This document shows positions 39,950-48,400 of a stretch of 62,743 nucleotides of DNA, piece by piece (positions within the stretch are counted from its first letter, which is position 1; the number at the start of each line of letters is the position of its first letter). Source of the DNA: an uncultured Verrucomicrobiales bacterium (GTDB lineage Bacteria; Pseudomonadota; Alphaproteobacteria; Paracaedibacterales; CAIOTO01); assembly GCA_964478775.1 (NCBI GenBank), contig CAYZJC010000005.1, positions 8,848 to 71,590 on the forward strand, given 5' to 3'. The notes under the pieces were generated by a model. It was given only the letters and a program-made list of their open reading frames with translations. It made no database searches and was not told where the DNA came from. Position numbers and translations under genes: made by a program.

Positions 39950-41068
39950 ATGATTATTGGCGTTCCAAAGGAAATTAAAAACCATGAATACCGAGTGGGA
40001 TTGGTACCATCATCGGTAGCTGAACTTGTACGTAATGGGCATCAAGTTATTGTAGAAGCACATGCAGGTGCTGGTATTGGTTTTAGCAATGAAGACTATA
40101 TTAAAGTCGGGGCTGAAATTTTTGAAACACCAAAAGAAATTTTTGACAAAGCAGATATGATTGTAAAGGTGAAAGAACCACAATTAAATGAATGTGAAAT
40201 GCTGCAAGAAGGACAAATTCTATTTACATTCTTGCATCTTGCGCCAGACCCAGAGCAAACCAAAGCCTTGATAAATTCTAAATGCATTGCGATTGCTTAT
40301 GAAACCGTGACAGACAATTATGGTGGTCTTCCCTTACTTGCCCCTATGAGCGAGGTCGCGGGTCGCATGTCTATTCAAGTGGGTGCATGGTTGCTTGAAA
40401 AAGCACAAGGAGGCATCGGGGTTTTACTAGGTGGTGTTCCGGGTGTGTTGCCAACTAAAGTTGTGATTTTAGGGGGCGGAGTTGTAGGGCTCAATGCTGC
40501 ACGTATGGCCGTTGGTATGGGCGCAGATGTCACTATAGTTGACAAAAACCAACGTCGCCTTCAAGAAATAGATTCTATGTTCCATGGCGCCCTTAAAACT
40601 GTTGTGCCTACATATGATATTGTGCAAGAACTTGTGAAATCAGCTGACTTGGTGGTGGGTGCAGTGCTGGTTGCAGGGGCTGCTGCACCGCGTCTTGTCA
40701 CTGCTGAGATGGTAAAAACAATGAAAACTGGCGCTGTCATGGTTGATGTTGCGATTGACCAAGGGGGCTGCTTTGAAACCAGTAAGCCTACCACCCATGC
40801 AAACCCTTATTATGTGGTTGATGGTGTAACACACTATTGTGTGACCAATATGCCTGGTGCTGTTGCGCGCACATCTGCACTTGCCTTAAACAATGCGACA
40901 TTGCCCTTTACACTTGCGCTTGCCAACAAAGGGTATAAAGCTGCATTGATGGCTGATGCACACCTTAAAAACGGACTAAATGTTTGTTTGGGCCATGTCA
41001 CCTATGAAGCTGTGGCACATGATTTAGGCTTAGCCTATACCCCGGCAGACTCCTTTATTAAGGGGTAA
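39950..41068 (+). CDS. ald: Alanine dehydrogenase
   Basis: [21 protein letters not shown], with the ATG at 39950 preceded by AGGAGA; the ORF-track start at 39902 is probably too long. NAD motif [15 protein letters not shown]. Confidence 0.92.
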   Translation: MIIGVPKEIKNHEYRVGLVPSSVAELVRNGHQVIVEAHAGAGIGFSNEDYIKVGAEIFETPKEIFDKADMIVKVKEPQLNECEMLQEGQILFTFLHLAPDPEQTKALINSKCIAIAYETVTDNYGGLPLLAPMSEVAGRMSIQVGAWLLEKAQGGIGVLLGGVPGVLPTKVVILGGGVVGLNAARMAVGMGADVTIVDKNQRRLQEIDSMFHGALKTVVPTYDIVQELVKSADLVVGAVLVAGAAAPRLVTAEMVKTMKTGAVMVDVAIDQGGCFETSKPTTHANPYYVVDGVTHYCVTNMPGAVARTSALALNNATLPFTLALANKGYKAALMADAHLKNGLNVCLGHVTYEAVAHDLGLAYTPADSFIKG

Positions 41069-41098
41069 GACGGCTACACTCCTGATGAATTTATATCC

Positions 41099-41133
41099 CC
41101 ACCCTTGAGCCATGCCTTAAGGGTGGTTTTTTT
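41099..41133 (+). terminator. Rho-independent terminator after ald (family CCACCCTT...AAGGGTGG + T-run)
   Basis: ccacccttgag / ccatgc / cttaagggtgg forms an 11-bp stem followed by T7. It begins 31 nt after the ald stop. Confidence 0.75.
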
Positions 41134-41173
41134 AGTTTGTCACTTATCATTTGGCTTAATCGTTATATTGTCA

Positions 41174-41209
41174 ATGGTGTGGAAATATCTACACTTCGTC
41201 ACACATTTC
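41174..41209 (+). repeat. Copy B of the ~36-nt hairpin-containing intergenic element
   Basis: atGGTGTGGaaatatCTACACTTCGtcacacatttc. See copy A at 35459-35494. The A-to-G change in the stem keeps pairing as G-U. Confidence 0.5.
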
Positions 41210-41325
41210 TGCACCTATAATGAATTGACATCCACTATGTAATATATATAATTTTTTAACTAAATTTTATGTTTTCCCCTTTAGGATTACAAAGGTATTC
41301 AAACAATTTTTGAGAGTGTATCGAA

Positions 41326-42897
41326 ATGAAAAAAATCCATTTAAATTTAACAAGATTAGCACTTGGCACGACATCTTACCTAATTGGGTGTGTGTGCCAT
41401 GCTGCTGCAATCTCAGCTACTATTCAGGTAGAGGATAATATAGTGGCCACACAAATTGAAGGAACCCTTTGTGTTGCTCAAGATAAGGCATTACATAAAA
41501 CAGGTAATGGGACGTTCTTTTTAAGTGGTGACCATAGTGGTGCAGGAAAGTTAGAAGGTGACTTTTATGCGGATGAAGGTATAGTTGCATTTGACCATGC
41601 TGGCTCACTTGGTGCTGGTGTGATCATGGCAAGTGGTACTTCCTTACAAGCTTTGGCTGATGATGTTGCATTAGCAGGTGACATTAGCCTAGCAGATGGT
41701 GCATCCATAGTAATAGATGCCAATGACCACCCTTCTGAATTTGTAGGAGAAATTAAACAAATGGGAATTAATCCTGTAACTATTGTGTTTGAAAATAGTG
41801 GCACGCAAATGACTGACCTTAAATTGCATAGCGATTATACAGCTGCTGATGCAAATGCAGATACCATGATTATTAGTGGTAAGGTGAATATCAGCATTGA
41901 CGGTAATAGCAATGCGAGTTCAGCTATGACGGTTGGGCAATTTCGTGCACTCAATGGAAGCTTAATGTTTAGGTCAGGCTTTGGAGTTTACGGGGGATTT
42001 ATAGTTGGGAATTTTGCTGCACCCTTCACAGACACGACTTACGATAATGAAATTGTTTATCAGGCTGACGAATACCAGGTGTTTTATATAAATTATGAAG
42101 AAAAAAATTATAATGTTAATCTTATGTATAGAGAGCAAGATAAACTGTCAAATTACACGCCCGAGGAAATTTTTTATGACGGTGTTACGATGGCTAATGG
42201 ATTTAGATTATCTTCAGCCAATATTACTTATGATACGTTAGCAGATTTAACAGATATTGATACGACGCAAGGTCTTTATAGCTTCTCCAATGATGGTAAT
42301 CGTAAGCTTTGGCTAACGAGTGGCAATAATACACGTCAAGAAGCTTATGATAGCAATAATACGCGTCTTACAATAGCTTATTTTAGTGGAAATATTTATA
42401 TTCCACAAGGTGGTAGTATTCAAAATGGATTTTACAGTGTTCAAAATACTGTCGAGGCAATGAATCATAACCCTACCTCTGTTGATGATAGTTTAATTTA
42501 TAGTCTAAGTGGTTTGAGTTCTAACTCTATTCTTTACTTAAATTCAGACCTTCCAGCATCTATTAAACGTGTTGAGATGTATCAGCCAAGACACAGGAAT
42601 GTTGTATACATGAGCTCAGCAGGTTTAGGTGCTGGCTTCTATATAGCCCCAACTGGCGACTTTAACATTGAGATAGATTTGTTGCCTGAATATGAATCTG
42701 TTTCTTATTATAGTGATGCAGATGATATTAATGGTTTATTGTATCCACTCCCTCGGTATAAAAGTACAATTCAAGTTCAAGGAGGAGAGGGAGTAAAAAA
42801 GCGTTTAGCGATGAACGTTGATATGTTAGATGGTTCAAAGCTTTCTATTACAGATAATGCTGAACTGCCTCACTTGAATATCAAATCAGTCGTATAA
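41326..42897 (+). CDS. Secreted hypothetical protein (523 aa): beta-helix/autotransporter-passenger-like N-terminal half and a Tyr/Asn/Ser-rich C-terminal half
   Basis: The signal-like N-terminus is MKKIHLNLTRLALGTTSYLIGCVCHA|AAI. Segments such as KTGNGTFFLSGDHSGAGKLEGDFYADEGIVAF and ALAGDISLADGASIVIDAN are passenger-like. It ends ...LPHLNIKSVV. No family recognised with confidence. Confidence 0.45.
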   Translation: MKKIHLNLTRLALGTTSYLIGCVCHAAAISATIQVEDNIVATQIEGTLCVAQDKALHKTGNGTFFLSGDHSGAGKLEGDFYADEGIVAFDHAGSLGAGVIMASGTSLQALADDVALAGDISLADGASIVIDANDHPSEFVGEIKQMGINPVTIVFENSGTQMTDLKLHSDYTAADANADTMIISGKVNISIDGNSNASSAMTVGQFRALNGSLMFRSGFGVYGGFIVGNFAAPFTDTTYDNEIVYQADEYQVFYINYEEKNYNVNLMYREQDKLSNYTPEEIFYDGVTMANGFRLSSANITYDTLADLTDIDTTQGLYSFSNDGNRKLWLTSGNNTRQEAYDSNNTRLTIAYFSGNIYIPQGGSIQNGFYSVQNTVEAMNHNPTSVDDSLIYSLSGLSSNSILYLNSDLPASIKRVEMYQPRHRNVVYMSSAGLGAGFYIAPTGDFNIEIDLLPEYESVSYYSDADDINGLLYPLPRYKSTIQVQGGEGVKKRLAMNVDMLDGSKLSITDNAELPHLNIKSVV

Positions 42898-42920
42898 CAT
42901 TCTCATAAGGTTTATCATGA

Positions 42921-42952
42921 CCACCTTTAGTTTATCTTAAGGGTGGTTTTTT
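42921..42952 (+). terminator. Rho-independent terminator (same hairpin family)
   Basis: ccaccttta...taagggtgg stem (one G-U pair) followed by T6. It begins 24 nt after the stop of the 523-aa gene. Confidence 0.7.
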
Positions 42953-43077
42953 AAATGGTTTATTCTTTTTTAATTTGCACCCTTGAAATTTCATAAAAAA
43001 GCCTTAACTAATATAATATGTAAAATTATAGCATATTTATCAATGTTGAATTTAATAACAAAGAATAGGAAAATTGT

Positions 43078-44217
43078 ATGAGATTAAAAAGAAATGTTCT
43101 TGCATTGGCTGTTTTATTAACAAGCTTTATTGCAGATAATGGCTTTGCCGTAAATAATCACAACCAAATTGTCAGACCAAATCAATGGTTTGAGGCAGCA
43201 GTGTCTGGTGACACGGACACAATGAAAAGGGCTATTTCACAAAGGTTTGATATTAATATGCGTCACCAGAAGCTTGATCAAACTGCTTTATCTATGGCCA
43301 TTGCAGAAAATAAGGTTGAGGTAGTGAAACTATTGCTCAATCATAATGCGAGTTTAGTGGAGCTGGACTCAGCTAACCTTACTGCTTTCAGTAGATTCAT
43401 GAAGTATTCACCTAACTGCTCTGAAATTGCAAGCCTCTTGTGTGCAAAAGGTGCAGATCTGGCAGAGCTTAATATGATTAGTCCTTATCGCAGAACACGT
43501 TTGTATGACATGCTTAGTTATTCTAAAGAACACACAAAAACATTAGATATATTACTATCACAAGAAAATAGCAAAATAATAAATCTTGATGAAAAAGATA
43601 TATTGGAGCTTTCTTTGCTGCATAGGGCAGCATTGTCTGGACACCATAACATTGTAAAGCTACTCATTGAACGTGGCGCAAATGTAATGACAAAATCAAA
43701 AACAGGTGAGACACTTTTATTTTTCACGACAAATATTTCAAATCAAAACGAGAAGCAGCACGATTATCATGGTTTGATTATTAACAATGATAATCGAGCA
43801 GAAAAAGTTTCACACTTGCATGAAATCATAAATGCTTATATTGATAATGGTGTTGACATTAATCACCAAAACCAGTGGGGCTTCACTGCTGCAATGTGGG
43901 CAATGGCTTACTGTAAAACTGCCTCAAAATCTAATAACCTGGCCACTGTTAAAGGCTGGTATAACATTGCATGGTACTTAATTAAACACCCGAAGTTTAA
44001 TGTCTGGCTTCAAGACAACAAGCATAGAACAATCTTAGAATACGCCTCCATTTCTGTTGTGATGAGAAAAGAAATTCTTTGGAAAATGTTAATCATCAAT
44101 GAAGGAAGTGCTTTACAGCAACAGCACACAACTGCACCGTCACAAAAGCGCACAACAGCACAGTATGAAGTTTTTAAAAATTCTCCATTGGTTCGTAAGA
44201 TCGTTGATTTTTTATAA
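43078..44217 (+). CDS. Ankyrin-repeat protein with N-terminal signal-like sequence (ANK-4)
   Basis: The SD AGGAAA precedes the ATG. The N-terminus is MRLKRNVLALAVLLTSFIADNGFA|VNN. ANK repeats include QTALSMAIAENKVEVVKLLLNHNASL, LSLLHRAALSGHHNIVKLLIERGANV and FTAAMWAMAY. The tail ends ...NSPLVRKIVDFL. Confidence 0.8.
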   Translation: MRLKRNVLALAVLLTSFIADNGFAVNNHNQIVRPNQWFEAAVSGDTDTMKRAISQRFDINMRHQKLDQTALSMAIAENKVEVVKLLLNHNASLVELDSANLTAFSRFMKYSPNCSEIASLLCAKGADLAELNMISPYRRTRLYDMLSYSKEHTKTLDILLSQENSKIINLDEKDILELSLLHRAALSGHHNIVKLLIERGANVMTKSKTGETLLFFTTNISNQNEKQHDYHGLIINNDNRAEKVSHLHEIINAYIDNGVDINHQNQWGFTAAMWAMAYCKTASKSNNLATVKGWYNIAWYLIKHPKFNVWLQDNKHRTILEYASISVVMRKEILWKMLIINEGSALQQQHTTAPSQKRTTAQYEVFKNSPLVRKIVDFL

Positions 44218-44311
44218 AAGTCATTAACGTTGCTTTTAACGTGACTAGCCTTATGATTGTCACACATTAGCAGTAAATTAATTCCTACTATTACTATAAT
44301 TGCAAGTGTCA

Positions 44312-44347
44312 CCACCCTTAGCTTTGTCTTAAGGGTGGTTTTATTTT
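44312..44347 (+). terminator. Rho-independent terminator (same hairpin family) between convergent genes
   Basis: ccaccctta / gctttgtct / taagggtgg followed by ttttatttt. It lies 95 nt after the ANK-4 stop and 15 nt beyond the stop of the minus-strand gene 44362..45306. Confidence 0.65.
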
Positions 44348-44361
44348 ATGATAATGACCAC

Positions 44362-45306
44362 CTAAAAGTCAAAAAATGAGGTATCAGGTCTAAAATGAAC
44401 ATGTATATGTTGAAAAGAATACATATCTTCTGGCCACTCAATGTGAAAACTTGACGTCATCTGAAAATCTGAAATTACGTTATCAGTAAATATCTCACCC
44501 ATAATGACACCAGGTTCCTGGTTAATAGTGACATCAGGTTTCTGAATCCTCACAATAGGAAGTGGCTTTACAAAAAGTGTTGTGTAAGGGTTAGCGGCAA
44601 AATATGTTCTAAGCGCATTTTTTATATCGTGATTTAAATACTCTTGAGGGGTTATCATCACACAGTGTGGGGGTTCGTTATGTGTCCAACTAGCAAGCTT
44701 TGAAAACTCACAAACGCAAGTAGGTATTTCTGCGTCAATTTTTGCTGCTACTTGTTCAAAATTACTTTCACTTGCTATTGTAAAATGGCTAAGAAAATAG
44801 GCCTGCCTTTCACGACTTGAATCAATAAAGTCTTTTAAATATTTAAGTCTTGGTTCGTTTCGTATTAAACGTAACAGACTTGGAAAAAACGGGTCATCTT
44901 CACTGATGATCTTCACATCGTTCAACTGAAGGATATCTTGAACCGTCATTATAGTCGGCTTTATTCCCTGTTTTTCCATAGGTAGGAACATCATTTTAGA
45001 GGATAGAATAACTGGTTTATTATTTAAATTCACTTTTAAATAATAATAAATATTTCCGGTTCCCTGATGATTGTACTTTGCTTTCCAAAGGATGTCTAGA
45101 AATCCTATATTTGAGTGAAATGCATGTATATTGGATACTAAACCATCAGAACAATTATCAGAACTATCAACTGCTTCAAGCGTTGAAATGGGTTTATTTA
45201 ATGCTACTGGGTTATCAATTGATAAATCCGCATCTACAGCATAAGAAAAATGGGTTAATAGCAATAACGAGGCTATAAAGCTTTGTTTGAAAAAATTGTC
45301 TTTCAT
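44362..45306 (-). CDS. Secreted hypothetical protein (314 aa) immediately downstream of the 1509-aa gene
   Basis: The ATG at 45306 is preceded by AAGGAG with a 5-nt spacer. The signal is MKDNFFKQSFIASLLLLTHFSYA|VDA. It ends ...HFRPDTSFFDF. No family recognised. Confidence 0.5.
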   Translation of the reverse strand: MKDNFFKQSFIASLLLLTHFSYAVDADLSIDNPVALNKPISTLEAVDSSDNCSDGLVSNIHAFHSNIGFLDILWKAKYNHQGTGNIYYYLKVNLNNKPVILSSKMMFLPMEKQGIKPTIMTVQDILQLNDVKIISEDDPFFPSLLRLIRNEPRLKYLKDFIDSSRERQAYFLSHFTIASESNFEQVAAKIDAEIPTCVCEFSKLASWTHNEPPHCVMITPQEYLNHDIKNALRTYFAANPYTTLFVKPLPIVRIQKPDVTINQEPGVIMGEIFTDNVISDFQMTSSFHIEWPEDMYSFQHIHVHFRPDTSFFDF

Positions 45307-45402
45307 AAAAACTCCTTTTGGTATGAACATGACACTATTAAAAACAAAGACCCTAAAACTGTCGTAGCTTTAAGGTCTGTGTCAATTAATTTTAATTAAA
45401 TT

Positions 45403-48400
45403 TTAAACAACTAACAAGCTTTTCAATGCGCCATTTGCCATGTCCATTGGGTCTTGGAAGATTGGTGTGATGTCAGTGTTATTGTAGGTGAGAACATAAG
45501 ACGTGTTTTCATCTGCGCAAACAATTTTTAAGTTGCTGTTAATTTGGTTGAGTTGTAATTCAAATGCCCCACCTGATAAAATAATTGTTCCAGCGAAGTT
45601 GCTTACATCACCTAACGCAATTGAACGTATTTCTTCCAGGTCTGTCAAAGTTGTATTAAACTGAATGACACCTTCACCGCTAAGGGTTCCAGCAAGGTTC
45701 GTGTCAGTCAATACTTTTGCCATTACGTTTGCATTTGTGGGCACAACCAAGTTTGCATTTAATACTGTACCATCAAACCTAAAGTTTGAAATGATAGCAC
45801 CTTGATCATCAGCCTCAAAAGTAACTGTTGTATTGCTTGTGAGCAAACCATCACCTTTTATATAAAGACCGCTTCCTTGCACAATTGTAATGTCAGTGGA
45901 AGCTAGGGCATGTGTAATTGCAAGTGTATTGCTTGTAGTTACAACATGTTCAGGGGTTACGTTCGCCAATACTCTGATAGGATTATCAAAGTCATAGGTT
46001 TTAGCAAGTTCAATTAAATTGTGACCGTAAGCCCCGTGAATATTTAATTGCGCATTTGGACTGAGGCCAAAGTCGCCAGAAATCATTAAAGCTTCAGTTG
46101 CGTTATTGTCTTCACTTAGAAGATCAAGGTCAGCATTTAATGCCACTGCGTCATATCCATCCGCTTGCAAAGCAGCAGCTGTGATTGTCACGTTTCCTTG
46201 TCCATTTGTAATACCTATGCTTAATGTTTTTTGGCGGGTTAAGATTTCACCATCATTACAGCGCAAACTATTGTTTTCTGTAAAGGCTTGATCTTTTCCA
46301 ATGGTTAATTTGGTTTTCTCACCCTCTAACAAGACACTGACATTAGATGTACCAGCGTAATCTAATGTAGCGGATATATTCTTATTAATAGTTAGCAAAC
46401 TTGCATTGACGGGGCCATTGAAAACGGCTTCTCCTCCAAGTGTGGTTGTAAGGATTACATCTTGTTCTGTTGCATCTACAAGTTTAGAGAAAGTATTGCT
46501 TCCTGTAAGGTCAAGATTAATGCCAGCAGCTGTTGCATCTATTGTTGCATTGACTGTTGAGTCGTTGATCAACATGTCAGCTTTTTCCTTTGCTGTAATG
46601 GTGGGGTTCTCAACATTTTCAGCAAATAAGAATGTAGCTGAGCTTACAAACTTAACCTCTTTTTTCTTCAATACAAGTGCTGATGCTGAAAAGCTTTTTG
46701 TTGCAGTTACTGTTCCGGAAGTCTCTTCTTCACCAATAGTGAGTGTGCCGCTAAATGTAGTGTCTTTTTTGAGTGTGACAGTAGAATTTTGAGTAGGAAT
46801 AATGTTTACATGGGTTCCACTAATATCACCATTGATTTCCGTATCCATTTCACAAATCAAATTTAGTGTTGTAGGCTCGCCAATTTTTGCACTAAGGGTT
46901 CCATTTATATTTGTAATAATTGCCTCTCTCTTGGGAACAATAATTTTAACGGCATCATTATATTCAATGACTGGGAACACAATTACGTCATCAAATAGTT
47001 TATCGCACCCTACATGGAACTTTAGGCCACTGTCAATATACACATAAGAAGTGTTAAGGGTGTTTTTTAATAATGTTGATGCATAAACATGCAATTCTTT
47101 TGAAGTAATGATGCCTTGCATTTCAAAATAGTAAGCTGGGTTTGTATCAACAACAGCATATTGTCGAAGTTTTAATACTGTATCAACTGGGGTTGTAATA
47201 TTACCGGCAAACAATGTGGACTCGACAAGTGTGTCAAGATATGAAATTCCTTCATCTCCTAATGCTGTGAAAATGAGTTCTGGAATCGTTACAGATAGCT
47301 GATTCACCCCTATGGTGCTTCCTACAGGCACTGAAATAACCGCATTTCCTGATATAAAAGGGGTTACACTAAAGATAGTTGCCCCAGTTGAATTTGTACG
47401 CGTCAAATTTTCAGATTCTAGGGCGAATGATTTGTTGATTGTCACTGTTCCACCATTGTCAATGTAGGTAGAGCCTGTATGTTCTAGTGTTGAACCGTTT
47501 GTAAATGTGAGAGCTGTTTCATTATCTAAGAATTTAATTTTAAAATCATAATCACCAGAAATAGTACCGCTGTATTCACAATTTTGCTTAATTGTAAGCT
47601 CAGCAGTGCTATTGCCAATAGCAATCTTAGTGCTTGAAGAAGCTAGGTCTAAAATGAGTTTTGCACCGTCACCAATTTCGAGTTGTGAAATTTTAGGGAA
47701 GTTTGCAGTGCCTGCAAGCGTTAATTGAGACCCAGTGTCCACTTCAATGGAAGATGTCTGCATGGTATTTCCAATAGTGACAAGTGCATTTTTAAATTCA
47801 GTTGGCCCGGTGTAGGTTTGTTCACCGCTAATGGTGATGTTTTTCATTTCTTGCGCTGTGTTTTCAAAAGTAACTTTCGCATTTGTGTTTGTATTTTTAT
47901 CATCCATGAGAAAAATAGCACCTGTGTATTCAAAATCACTATCGCTCTGCAGTATAAAGTCGTCACCAATTGTTATGTTATTAGAAAGAGAAGGCATCCC
48001 TGTGGTTGCAATCGTGACTGTACTTAAGGTAAAGAGGTTCACGCCACTCACTTGATCTTGGTCATTAATCGTCATGGTTCCCGCCCCAATACTTACCATA
48101 TTAGGAAGTGAAATCCCATCTTGCAAGACGAAATTAGACTGTAATAAATAGAGTTCATCAATACCACTAAATGCACTGCTGAGATTGATTGTAGAAGCCT
48201 GTATGTTTCCCGGTAACATCCAGAACTTTTGACTAGCTTCGCTTCCATTAGCCTTTATAACATTAATTGCTCCAGAAAAAGTCGTGTTTGCATTAAATAA
48301 TAGCATCGTTATACCCTTAGCAGAGGTATATGTTAAAGGGTTATCAATGGTGTAGTTTGCACCTTTGACGATTAAGTATGCATCTTCATCGAAATTAATA

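Noticed and set aside
44362-45306. The idea that the 314-aa protein is the missing autotransporter beta-barrel for the giant protein, suggested by its terminal Phe (...SFFDF)
   Set aside because: Large parts look helical and charged (for example PFFPSLLRLIRNEPRLKYLKDFIDSSRERQAYFL). I cannot see 12 amphipathic strands. A terminal Phe alone is insufficient. The gene is kept only as an unknown partner.
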